Shown here in pieces: positions 12,406-24,700 of a stretch of DNA of 64,000 nt (within the stretch, counting starts at the first letter, position 1; the number at the start of each line of letters is the position of its first letter). The stretch is from Guillardia theta CCMP2712 (taxonomy: Eukaryota > Protista > Cryptophyta). Both the position numbers and the translations under genes were made by a program. Where the stretch lies: NCBI RefSeq assembly GCF_000315625.1, contig NW_005434615.1, forward strand, positions 68,852 through 132,851, given 5' to 3'. The notes beneath the pieces are model-generated. The model ran no database searches and was not told the DNA's origin. It worked only from the letters and a program-made list of their open reading frames with translations.

Positions 12406-13094
12406 ATCTTCGATGGTTCAGATAATCAGCCTTTTTAGATATTTGATTTCAACCCTTCGTTAATTCTGTAGAAGCACCGTCAGTTTCACCGAAATTTTGC
12501 GGACCCAGAGGCGTGGATGCGAAAGCTTTTGCCTTTGCCGTTTCTACAACACGACATGGCTCAACACACATAGACCACCGATTGAACTGAAGAAAATCAA
12601 ATGCTGAAGAGGTAAATGGCAGATGAAAAACGAGGATGTTGATGGTTCATCAACTTATGCACGGGTATTTACAAGTCGTGCTAAGTGCTCTCGACCAGGG
12701 TTTTGCATGGAATTTTACATTTGAGCAACATGAGAAGAAGTATAGAGGAATGAACAAGAGAGAAACTTTGGTGAAGGAAAAGCATTCACGTTGCTAGATT
12801 GAAAAGCGCTTGTTCGCGCTTGTGTGAAGCACTCGCAGCTACTCTCAAGCAGGTTCGCTTTCGCCTACCGCCAGCATTGCTCACCTACTTCGCAAGCTTC
12901 TACCCAGATGGGTGGGTCCAAATCAGACCCCACCGATGTTTGCCTAAAAAGTTTGGACCTCATCACCCCCTTCTTGGATCTAGAATGGACCCGTACTTGC
13001 TGAAATCTGTAGTAGGGGTGGCACTGCCATACAAGGGGTAGAGGAATGGTCATAGCAACCTTCCAGAAGATCTTCTCCAGCAATCAATTGAATG

Positions 13095-13345
13095 CCGGCC
13101 AGTGCCGCGCCGGCCGGGCGCACTAGGCCAGGCACTAGGCTGGCCACCGGAGGCTTCAGCCCCAGCCGCGGCCCGCCCGGCCGCCGCCGGTGGGGCCGCC
13201 GGTGTCCGGGCAGTGCCCTGAAGCGAATTCGCCGGGCCGTGCCGGGCCGCTCCGGCTCGGAGTCCTCCAAGTCAACTCAGTAGTGTGAAAACCGTTGACC
13301 GGTAACGGTAAGCGGGCCCGGCCCGAACCCGGCGAGCCGCTCAGT
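13095..13345. other. Very GC-rich, CCGG/GGCC-dense island with short palindromes between two divergent genes
   Basis: Sharp compositional jump relative to both flanks. Inverted repeats include ggccagtgc...gcactaggcc (13097-13129) and accgtt-7nt-aacggt (13291-13309). Translations are low-complexity R/P/G. Confidence 0.6.
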
Positions 13346-13471
13346 CTGATCGGATCTAGTCCTTTTTACTCAACTCACAGTAAAGTTAAGTTAAAAATCA
13401 GTACGAGGACAATGGGTAGTGATTGCAGTCGCCGGGACTGTCACGTGCAAGTTTGGGGAATGCTGAAAATA

Positions 13472-13625
13472 AGGGTGGGGTGGGTTATTAGAATTGTGGG
13501 GGTTCTGATAAGGGTATCTTTGTACTGAACTGCAAGGGTGAAACGCCACTGGGGTCATTGACCAATGGGGGTAGGGGGTGATTTTTCGAGGGTATAAAGT
13601 ATTCGACGTCAGAGGGTGGGGTGGA
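13472..13625. promoter_or_regulatory. GGGGTRGGG motif cluster upstream of COX19
   Basis: gggtggggtggg, gtgggggtt, aagggtatc, aagggtgaa, gggggtagggggtg and gagggtggggtgg lie within 180 nt of the ATG at 13648. Confidence 0.4.
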
Positions 13626-13647
13626 GGTCAGCAGAGGACGTCGTGCA

Positions 13648-14612
13648 ATGGCGTCTTCCATGGGAGGAGCGTCAGCGAACAGGCAAGTCTGCGATTGCAA
13701 CATGAACATTTTATGTTCCACTTTGTTTTACACATACTCTGATATTCTTCGTTGTGTTGTGATTGTGACTATGGGGGGTGGGGCTGCTCTGAATTCCTCG
13801 GGTTCCCTTGGTGAAAGGTGATAATAGGCTGCGAATGCTGATCCATCCGATTAGTTGTTACACACTCTGAATATACGATGTAGAGATCATACTCAAACGT
13901 ATATCTGAAGCAGCTTTTGTGTATCTCTCTCACTGAATAGCTCATTTTTCGAGTGGGCTGATGAAATCTTTTTTTTTCCATCCAGCAAGGCAAATGCTCG
14001 TCCGCCAAAGAAAGGAAGTTTTCCGTTGGACCACTTTGGAGAGTGCAAGGAAGCGATGAGTAGGTTGATTCATTTTTTTTTTGATAATTCTCCTTTTTTG
14101 ATTTTGATTTCTTTTCAATTAGGTATATGGCCTGTATGAAGAACAACGACCATGCACATGCTACATGCAGAGAAGAGACCAAAGCGTATGAATTTCAAGT
14201 GATTGTATCTTGATGTGACCTTTTGTGTTATAGGTATCTTGAATGTCGAATGGCAAATGGACTCATGGAACAAGAAGACGTCTCGAAGTTCGGTTTGAAT
14301 GATTCTATCGACCTGCAAAGCAGCCTGAAAGCGCAAGAGGTGATACATGTTGTCCATCCATCAAACATTCCTGGCATGCTGGGGCTTGGGATGTTCAAAT
14401 CTAAGTTGACAACCGACTGAGAAATCCAATGCGGAATATTTTCCTCTCGTACTACTGAAGCTTCACATATCCTTCACTTCCCATTTCAAAATTTTGTATT
14501 TGAAAAAGTTTTTTGAGTTTGTCGTTGACAGGAATTTGTCGAATCAAGGGGACGAAAATACGAGGATGGGTTTGTTGCAGGCCTTTCTCGAAAGAACAAG
14601 TCTAGTTCATAG
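13648..14612 (+). CDS. COX19: Cytochrome c oxidase assembly factor COX19 (twin Cx9C), ~120 aa; exons 13648-13682, 13986-14063, 14123-14185, 14234-14339, 14532-14612
   Basis: Spliced product: MASSMGGASANSKANARPPKKGSFPLDHFGECKEAMSRYMACMKNNDHAHATCREETKAYLECRMANGLMEQEDVSKFGL...GFVAGLSRKNKSSS*. It has the PPxxGSFPLDHxGEC signature and two Cx9C motifs. Exon lengths sum to 363 nt. Confidence 0.92.
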
Positions 14613-15201
14613 ATTGTATATAGATTATTTTTTTTTACTGTACTATTTTCAAATGAAATCAGGTTTCTGTCTACATTCATTCATGCCTACTCTTTTGCTA
14701 GACACTCATCAAGAAGAATAACTGGAGTTGTAATTGGGGTTGACGATGTCAGACTCATGTTCTCTTTCCACTCATTCTTTCGATCTTTGTAAACGTTCAC
14801 CGCTTGGTGTGCGATTGACCCTATCACAACGAATATTTTTTTTTCTGTTCGAGTTCTGTTCGAGTTACTTTGTGACGTATTGTTTTCGATTACTTGCTAG
14901 AGTCATACTTTGTTGCACGTGGAAGTTGAAACCTTGCTTGGTATTGAACTAGATCTATAAATAAACCACATAATCACCTTAAGTCATTCTCGCACAGGTG
15001 TGCTTGACCCGAATCCGTTATGTTTTGTCCTGCATCCGGTAGCAATCAATCAATGGTCGAATCCGACATCTTCTGTTGCGTGCGTAGGTAGCTCAGATCT
15101 TGCAAGCACCTCCCCATCCATCGGCGATCACGATGCAGTGACTCCTTGTACCTTTGGCAGCACATCAGACCCCTACTTGTAACTGATTTTCGCTATGTCT
15201 T

Positions 15202-15545
15202 AGGGGGTGGGTGGAGAAAGTTTGAAGCTAGGACCCCACCCCATTTCTCTCGGAGTCAAGCCGTCCAATTGCCAGTGGTCCATGTCCCTCTACCCCCTGG
15301 TATATTATCTATCACCCCACCCTCCGTCCCATGGCACGAAAGGGTGCTCTGACCATTGACTTTCACTCAACTTTTTGTGGGGGTAGGGTTGTTTCAAGCC
15401 GGGGTAGTATGACTCCTGCCAATTCTGACCGAGAGAAAGTAGGGGTACCCAAAGGCATAGACCATGTTGGGGGATAGGGTGGGTTCGAGCAGTTATGGAG
15501 CCAAAGGGTAGGGGTGATCTGAATTCCATCTTGGGGTGGGGTGGA
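15202..15545. promoter_or_regulatory. GGGGTRG/CYACCCC motif cluster upstream of the giant gene
   Basis: More than ten copies in both orientations (ggggtgggtgg, accccacccc, ctaccccc, gggggtagggtt, ggggtagt, gtaggggtaccc, gggtaggggtg, ggggtggggtgg). Confidence 0.4.
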
Positions 15546-15728
15546 AAGGCGTGTGATGTCCTGTGACAAGGAGTTTTCGGACATGGCGGGGAGAGGAAGT
15601 GGAGGGCAGGGTAAGGAGACGGAGGGAGCAGAGTGACGAATCAAACTGTTGAACTTTGATCCATCATCACTACGAGATCTGCTGCTTCTTCGCGGCCTCT
15701 CCTGCCGTGCTGATCGCTCTACCTTTCA

Positions 15729-18700
15729 ATGCTCAACCAGTCGTGGTTCGTATCTTTCACAGAGAGGGTAGTCCCAGCTTCCTTTGCTCGCATTACCCGG
15801 TCACTAATGCAGTTTCAACAACGATGCGATCCCACTCGTTCCAGGAGGAAGCTTGCCAGAAGAATCTCCTCCTCGATCTTTCGGTTTTCCTTGATAGCCT
15901 GCGTCATGACGTGTTGCTCCTTGAACTTTGCTCATGGGGCATCGAGTTGTGGTGGGAATGCCTCCATCAGCGCAAAGGATCAATGCAGCAGCATTGAGTC
16001 GCTTTGGACGTCGATAGACTTCCAACCAAAGGTTGTTTACGAGCCGGTCGCAATGACCATCTCCATGAAATACTCTTTCCCGTTATTGACCAACGAAATA
16101 ATCTCTCTTCACCTTCCAGGCTTCAGAAGAATGCAGGGCTCTGGACTTTTGGGAAACATCTCGACTTGTGATGCTTCCTTTCGATGGTATTGGGATGAAT
16201 GCCAAAATCTCCTGACGCTGGTGCCCTCAAGTTCTTTCCCACAAAACCAAGTCATAAATTGTCGCCTTTATCCGAGGGACGGTCTCCAATTGCCAGAGTT
16301 CGGAGTGATCACAGATAGCAAGACCATTTCAATCTCAACAAATGCGGTTGCTTTCTCGTACATGTTCCCTACCATAACTCGCTTCTGTGCTTCACACGTG
16401 GGAGGAGTTGGAAGCATCACAAACGGGCCAGGGCTGCAATTCGTTCCGGGAATGGCTGGAGTGGTGAATGATATGTACGTGACGGTGAATGCAAGTGCGA
16501 CGATTCTCCCCATGGACTCGATCATTTTCGAAATGAGCGATTTTGTAGCTGAGGGATGCACGCTGAATCCGCAGTGGAGCGCCAGTGCTGGCTGTGCTGC
16601 AAACCAATCACATAACCACACTACCAATTACTCTCAGTCATGTACATACTCTACGAGCTTCTGCTACCGGAGGGAGGAATGCTCAAATCTGTGTTATCTA
16701 ACTGAAAACTGTGTTCAAGAATCGATTGTTTTCCAAGACTGCAATAACAGCTGCACAATGGTTGCCATGATCAATTTTAGCAATGTTTCATATGAGTGGA
16801 ATTGCGAGAAGAACTGGTTGAAGGTCATATTTGACAGTCCAATAGAAGCGAACAGGGAAAAGACTGTCAAGATTCCATCTGCATATAGGATAAGATTGCC
16901 TTTGCGAGGCATTACCCCTGCCAACTCTGGAATCAAGTTCGAGGCAAACTTTCAGAACGGAAAGATAGACTGGACACCGGTCAAAAACTTGAACTCTGTT
17001 GGCGCTCTGCGTGAGACATCGCTAAGATTTGACCCGCCGGTGGCAGGGTACAACATCAACATTACCTTCCAATTCATCCCGGACATGCCTATGGTACAGG
17101 GAGATTTGATGTTGTTGAGAATGTCATATTTTGACCTTGCTTGTGACGTGTATGCGACTGAAAATTCTTCAAATGTCACCTCAGACTATGAAAATTCAAC
17201 CTCATTGGTCAATGTTTCTAATTCAAGTCAATCTTCGCAAGGGCAGACGAAGTGTTTCTATAGCATGGGGATCCGAACCTTGCCAGAGAATGTGATTGAA
17301 GTATTGCGGTGGGTGAACAGTGAGCAAACCTTGTACCTTCAAGTCAACCAGCCTATTTCCGCAGGGCAGCATATCTCTCTGACCATCCCTTCAGCATTCG
17401 GATTCAAAGTCCCGCGCCTTGGTATTCAAAGATCTTCCAATGCCTTTCAAGTTTCCGCCGACGCCAAGTCAGGCATGGTTGTATGGACTCCAATCGAGCA
17501 ATACGATCTCATCGGAGGTATCTTGCATTCTTTTTCGTGTGTTCGATGTTGACGTGTTTTGCGCAGCATTTGTGAACACCTCACTTGACTACGGCACTCC
17601 AGGAGCAGCGCAGAGGTCAAGCATCTCGATAGCTTTTTCTCCTGTCATGGCGATTATGCCACGTGAAAGAGTTACTTTCATCCTTCCAAATTTCTTGTTT
17701 CTCTCTAGCAAGGGGCAAAGTCTCGTGCCCTTGCCGACGAGTTTAATTCTTCAGAAGCCTCTGGCTTATTTCTCAGACTTTTTCTGGAGCTCGTCGGATC
17801 AATCCATCCAAGCAAATTGTCTCCACGAAATTCCTGCTGGCTTGTATGTTCAGCTGACGATTGACCGTGATATGAATGTCTCCCTCCCAATGTCCAACTT
17901 GGCCTTGAACGATCCGGCCCTCGGTTTGTCAAGCAACACGACCAATGGGCCTGTGCTTTTCGCATCCTTTGAAAGATCACCAGTTGTTTCGGTCTTTGGA
18001 AATATCACCAATCATTCCTTGTCTTTCTCGGAAGATTCAATTGCCCATCAGCCTGTTGAATTTGAATTTGAATTTGCCGTCACTGAGCATTTGCAGTCGT
18101 CGCATCAGGACGAGCTGGTCTTGCACCTCCCAGGCTTCTCAAGCGTAAAACAAACATTTAACGTATCCTCGACCCCTGCTGGGCTCCTTCGCTCAGCCGT
18201 GTGGACTCAGTCGGCTGTCGAGGGGTTCTGTCCTTCTGACTGTCTCAAGCTTGCAGCCGCAAGCGATGTGCCTGCCGAGACTCTCGTTCGGGTTCTCATT
18301 CCTCTGGAAGCAGGAATGACTCTACCTGTCGAAGGTGTGAGAGTGAACGATCGAAGGTACACCATTGCTAGCACAGCCATTTCGGGGCCTGTGCGACCGA
18401 CTCCCTTTCATGTTCCTCAAGGAGTCGGCTCCTTTGGCAAGACAGCGAACGTTACATTTTATGAAGGCAGAGCCGGGGAGCCTGTGGCGTTTGCTCTCAA
18501 TTTCGTTGCGTTCATGCCCCTAGGAAGCAGAGATCAGGTCTTGTTGCGCATGGATTCCTTTGGAGGAGATGACTTCCAATACGAAGTCGATGCCAATCAG
18601 AATCATTCAAATGTTTCCTTCAATGTGTTTCCTCCCGCTGCAGTCTGTAGAATATCCTGGAACAAAACCATCTTGAACGTTTCGATCTGCAACGATTGGC

Positions 18701-21700
18701 CTGCGGGCCAGCGCTTCAGTATCTCCATCCCCAGGACTTGGGGGATCATCTTGCCACCAGCAGGACTGCGGGTGGAAGGGAGTTACTTGTGGATATCTTC
18801 CAACGCGTTCCTCGGAGTTGTGAGAGACACCCCAGTTGTCACTTTCACCCCTGTCGGCGCTCTCGAGCAAGACTCGCTCCAGATGTTATTCGAGCCCATG
18901 CGGGCAGCAGCGACTGTCAGTCTCACCGTCAGGTTTCATCCTCTCATGTCACTGGAGACAGGCGATCTGATTGTTCTGCACTTGCCTTCCTTCTTCCTCG
19001 TCAACACCTCCAGCAATCACACAGGCAATGCCACCGATCGGTTCTCGTTCTCTTGGGACCAAGTATCCTTCAACCTCAGCGCTAGGCTACTCTACCCAAT
19101 GGGTGCCAACATCACTCACGATCTGATCGTTCCATCCAAGTTTGGTCTTGCCTTGCCAAGGGAAGGAGTTCGACGGAATCAGGATTCAATTCTATTCAAC
19201 GTTGTGTCTACCCAAGGCAACATCCTTCCAAGGAGGTTTGATGAGATTCTTCCCGTCGGAGCTTTTGTAGACGGCGTCGCCCTTCGCTTTGACCCTCTTG
19301 CTGTTGGTCAAGTTACCAGCATTCTTATCAGTTTCCAAGTCACAAACGTCATATCTATCAATGACACCTTCATATTTTACCTGCCCAGGTTCTTCTCTCA
19401 AACCTCACACAACAAGACTACGGCTGAGCTGGACTTGTTCGATGCTGTTTGGGACAATGCAGAACAATCTTTGTCCTTCGTTGCCAAGACACTTGTCTCT
19501 CCCTATCAGAACATTTCCCTTCTTGCTCCTCCTTCAATGAATATTTCGATTCCTCTGAGCGGTTTGCCCTCGACCTTCGTTGGGAGAGTCAGGGCAGACG
19601 TGAAGGAGGGGCCTATTCTCTTGACTCCCGTGAAGCCCTTGCAGACCCTCGGAGCTTTCCGTTCTTCGAGCATCACATTTGTGACACCGCGTGCAGGGAA
19701 GCCAGCGGATGTTGTTGTTATGATCAGGGCATACATGATGATAGGTAAAGGAGACGTGGTGATGTTGAAACTGTCAAACTTTGAGGGTCCCGGCGGCCAA
19801 CTTGCGGTGAACAGCTCCTCCTTTGACATCGCGTCATGGAACTCGACTTCAGGGATCTTGAGCATGACAGCCTCGCGCCTGATTCCTGCAGGAGAAGAAG
19901 TATCTGCTGTCGTCGTCAAGTCAGATCTCCTTCTCTTGCCCTCCTACGGAATTTCTCTTGCCCATGTGATTCAAATCAGCTCAAACGCCTTTGACGGGCC
20001 GGCCCCATGGACGAAAGTTGACTATGTCCAGCCTGTCGGGTCCTTCTTATTTTCAGAGATAGCTATGTCCATTCATAAGGTAGGACAAGAAGTTGCCTTG
20101 TCACTGTCTTTCAATCCTACGATGGAGGTCATGGAAGGAAGCAACATCACTTTCAAAGTCCCCAGCCTCTCAAGCTCTTTGTCAACCCTCAATTGCAGTC
20201 TCCGATCGGCAGGGGACGAAACTCCCTACCAAGCCAAGTGCACATGGAGGCCACAGACGAGCTCTCTACAAATGGAGGTGTATGCGAAGCTTGAGGCCAA
20301 CAGCACCTATCAGGTACAGATATCTTCTCTTCTCTTCTTTGGTGAGGAAGGAATTTCCTACGATGATGAAAGTGTGACGATAGCCTGTGATTCACCTACT
20401 GGGCCTGTGCTCCCAACGAGAATCATTTTCATCCCTTCGATTCACTCTTACGGCAAATTCACTTCATCAAAGATTTCTTATCAGCCTCGTCGCACGGATG
20501 TTCCAGTCGTCATTCTGTTCTCGTTTGCTGTTGATGTTTCTCTGTACAGTGGTGATGTGGTGACCTTGCACCTGCCCAAGTTCCTCTCGAGCTCGACGAA
20601 CTGCTCAGTACATGTCAACGGCAATGTCTGGACGGACTGTAACTTTCAAGGGGAGACTCTGAGCTTTACCGTCATGGCTGATTTCCGTCCCAACGAGGTT
20701 ATCGTCTCAAAGATTGCAAGTGATGGAGGAATCATGTTGCCTTCTGACGGCATTCGCCTCGGCGACAACTTCTTGAAGGCTCAGGTGCAGGCGATTGCTG
20801 GCAGCGTTGCGCTCGCCACGATCAGCTCCCAAGATCCAGTCGGCACACTGAATGGAGCCGCCCTGACTTTCAGCCCAGCTCAAACAAGTCAGAAGGCACG
20901 GCTCATGCTCTCATTCCAACTTCAGAATACGATACAGGCTTTAGAAAGATTGACGTTGCAATTGCCGGAATTCTCCTCTGACACTAACACTACTTGCAAT
21001 TTGAGCGCGTTTGTGTCCAAGGACCTCAACTACACGTTCCGTACCATCGAGGTCAGTGCAAGGTGGAGGCAGTCGAGCTCTGACCTGGTCATCGAATTTC
21101 TTCAAACTGTGCTATGGCAAGACAACAAGCACGTCACCATCGTCCTCCCTCAGGCGTGTGGGATCCATCTCCCTCCGAACAGTGTGGCCATCGATCTCAA
21201 AAACTTCACCATCGCGTCCAACGCCCTTTATGGTCCTGTTGACCCCACCCCCCTTCAGTTCCATCTGGCTATCGGCAAGTTCTCGTCGCTGTCTCTCTCC
21301 TTCGGCGATGCCGTTGCGGGTGAAGCAGCGAACCTGACTCTAAGGATTGCCTCCGAGCTTGCCCTGGCACGTGATGACGTCATCACAGTCTACTTGCCAG
21401 GCTTTCGTTGTGACGACCCTTCAGCCGTACTTGTTCCGGACCAAAGCTCTGTGAATGTCTCGTTGTATTGGCTGCAGAACACGTGCAGTGCGTATCAGAG
21501 GTTCTGCTCCGCCTCACCCATGGCAGTCCTCTCTGTCAAATTGCTTCAGGACGTAGCCAGCAATCAAGAGATCGTGCTGGAAATTGTGTCCGGAAGTCGC
21601 CCGGACTCTTCGAGCAACTTCAGCATCTTTCTCCCTCCGAACGGGGTTCGGACGTACGAGGCTGAGCTCAGGGCTGCAGTGAACAGCAAAGTCAATCCCA

Positions 21701-24700
21701 TCTATCCGTCAAACTTCGATTCTGTACAGCCTGTCGGATACCTGGGTCAAAGGAAGAAGCTCAAGTTTGCGTTTCCCGCTCGTGCAAATCAAACCGGCGG
21801 GATACAGGTAGAGATCACCCCGGCTATGGACATTCAAGTGAACGATGAAGTATTCCTTTTCCTCCCACAGTTTCTGGGGCCAAGTTTTGACAACAAGACG
21901 ACCTATGATGCCAACCATGAAGAATTTGCTCTGGTCAGCTGGGACGCTGCTGAGATGCTGCTGAGACTTGTCATGAAGCAGAACTTGAAGGCTGGCAACC
22001 TCGACATCCCATTGCCCAGTGACTTGGGAGTGATATTGCCAGCAGAAGGCCTGAAAACGAATGAAACTGCCTTGAAGATCAATGCCGCTGTAGTCGCTGG
22101 ATCTGTTCGTAGGATTGGCTTTGACGAGGTCCAGGCTGTGGGCGCGTTTCAAAATGTCAACTTTGATTTTGAGAAGTTCTTCTCATCGTTCTCGTGCTAT
22201 ATGACCCTCTGGCCGGGAGACGAGCTTGTTTTCTACATTCCCACATCGATGAAAGCGTTTTCGCAGGCTTCTTTTGACAGCAGTTGCTCCCTTTCGGTAA
22301 CTTTTTATCCCGAGGCCAACCAGTTGAAACTGAAGGTGGATCAGAAAGTGACACGATTGCAAACTTGTGAAATTGTATCTAGTGCATATCAGTCCTTTAC
22401 CTCGTTTCCTGCCTTAGCCGAGACGTTCATGTGGGTGGAGGTAGAGGCGACTGAGGGATACATTCCTCCGACTAGGATCGATGACGTCATCACAAAGAAC
22501 CCTTTCATACAGTACCCTGTGCTCTCCTTGCACGCAGACCCGCTCAAACGGGCCATAAACATTTCGTTCGTGTTTACCCTGGACGAGAGTTTCTTTGTCA
22601 ACACTACTGTTACCAACGTGACTCTGATCTATGTGGGTGCGGCTACGGTCACTCTGGAAGACATGTACAATGGAACGTTTATAGGAAACAGTCGGATGCC
22701 GTTGAGCTTGAACGAAGCTGCCCTGTTCGAGGAACAAGCGTTCCAGCTTCAGTTCCCTATCCTTTCCCAAGGCCTCTGGAGGAATCAGAATGGTTTCTGG
22801 TTGACCTTCCGGAAGGATGACCAGGAATTTTTGTTCCCGTGTAAAAACACTCCATTTGGAGGATTTGCACAATCCGAATTGAAGTTTGACGTCGTGCAGG
22901 GCAAGATGAACATATCTGTCGTCACCACCATGGATCTTGTTGCGTTTGACAGTCTCTTCATAAACCTCAACACTTTTTCGTCTGATCTTGATGTCATCTC
23001 TGTTGCTTCGGACCCTCCTGGGATTTGCAAGAAGGGGCTCTGGGACGGATCAGGCGTCTTGGTGCTTGTGATGGAGGGCAGGAATGTCTCTGCCGGCCCA
23101 GTCGTGCTCGCTCGCAGGAAGCAACTGACCGTCATCCTCCCGCTGGGACCAACGGGCCTGAGGCTTCCGAAGAATGGAGTGAGGAGCGAGGATGAGACCA
23201 TCACCGTCGGCTCGAACGCGTCCTTGGGGCCTACCAACGCCAAGTCTTTCGGGTTTGTTCAGCCGGTCGGATGCTTTCGCAACGGATCGTCAGTTGAATT
23301 CTTCTCATACTTCTCGAATAGAAGTTTGGTCGGGAATCCTGTGGGGTTACGGATCTCGTTCAAAGCTTGCATGAAATTGTTGCAAAACGATGCGGTGTAT
23401 GTCAAATTGCCTGGATTCTATGTGGACTCCAAGATAACTCCGGTGGCAATCTCAGGTTCTGACTTTGAACTTGTCGATTTCCAAGGCGATGTTGCCACGT
23501 TTGTTGTGCGAGGAAACGTCACGGAAGACGAGCAAGTAGTGCTAGAGGTGCTCCCTTCTGTTGGGTTTCGCCTTCCGTTGGTTGGCGTGAGGCTTGACGA
23601 CGTCGCTTTCAACATCGCAACAAACGCGTTCGAGGGGCCAGTGCAAGAGACTTCGTTCGACAAGGTGCAAGCTGTTGGGTCCTTCACCTCCATCTCCTTA
23701 TCTTTCGCCCCAGACAGCCAGGCTGGTCGACCGGTCAACGTGACTTTGAATTTTACTGCAGCGATGGACATCTTGCAAGGAGAGAATGTCTCTTTGCTCC
23801 TCCCGGGCTGGCAAGCTGAAGACTTCATGGCGGATGGCTCCTTGCTCACTTTGAACAACACCAGCATCCACGTAATCTTGTCATGGGCCCAGACCGACGG
23901 CCCCCGGCTGACGATGTCGTTAGCTGATCGGCTTCCAGCAGCAGAGTGGGCTCAACTTCAGTTGACTAGAGCACTTGGCTTGGTGGTGTTGCCTTCACAG
24001 ATCCAACACAACTTGAACGCAATCGTAGCCTTCACGAACGCGCGACTTGGCGTTGTCAACTTCTTTCCTGTCGACATGCAGAACAAGATCGGCGCTTTTC
24101 TTGACACCAAAATAGAATTTTCTCCTGCAGCTGCAAACATTGCTGTGGAGTTTACAATCTCGTTTGTGGTTCAGATGGACATCTTAGCAGGAGAAAACAT
24201 CCACTTCCTGATGAGATCGCTGAAGCGCATCAAACGGGGCCCTGTCTCTGTTGTGCTCAACGGCTCCTCTCTCAATGTCTCGTCTTGGGACTCAAACTCC
24301 ACGGATCTTGTTTTCCAGTCTCCCGACACCATCTATGCTCTCGACCCGGTCACATTTAGGATACAGCTGTCCGAGGGGTTTGTCATGTCACCGCTCGGTC
24401 TCGCCGAGGAGGGGTCGCCCAAGATCTACACTGACGCTTCCAACGGGTTTGTGAACCCCATAGAGATCGAGCAGTTCCCTTTGATTGCAAGGATCTTTGA
24501 CGCCAGGCTCGTCGTAGTGCCGCTCATCGCTGACTTCGATGCTGACGTCAGCTTGGAGTTGACTCTCTCCGTCCCGCTGCTTCCTGGAGATGTCGTGAGG
24601 GTCCACCTCCCAGGATTCTCTGAGGGCAGGTCGAGAGCTGCTCAGCCTTTGAACGCCTCCTTGAACTACTCTGTATCCTGGAACGAGTCGGATGCCTCGA

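Noticed and set aside
15729-17552. 607-aa ORF as a stand-alone gene, or a pseudogene/frameshift at ~17520
   Set aside because: A typical 49-nt GT-AG intron with a TGAC branch site restores the repeat motif exactly across the junction.
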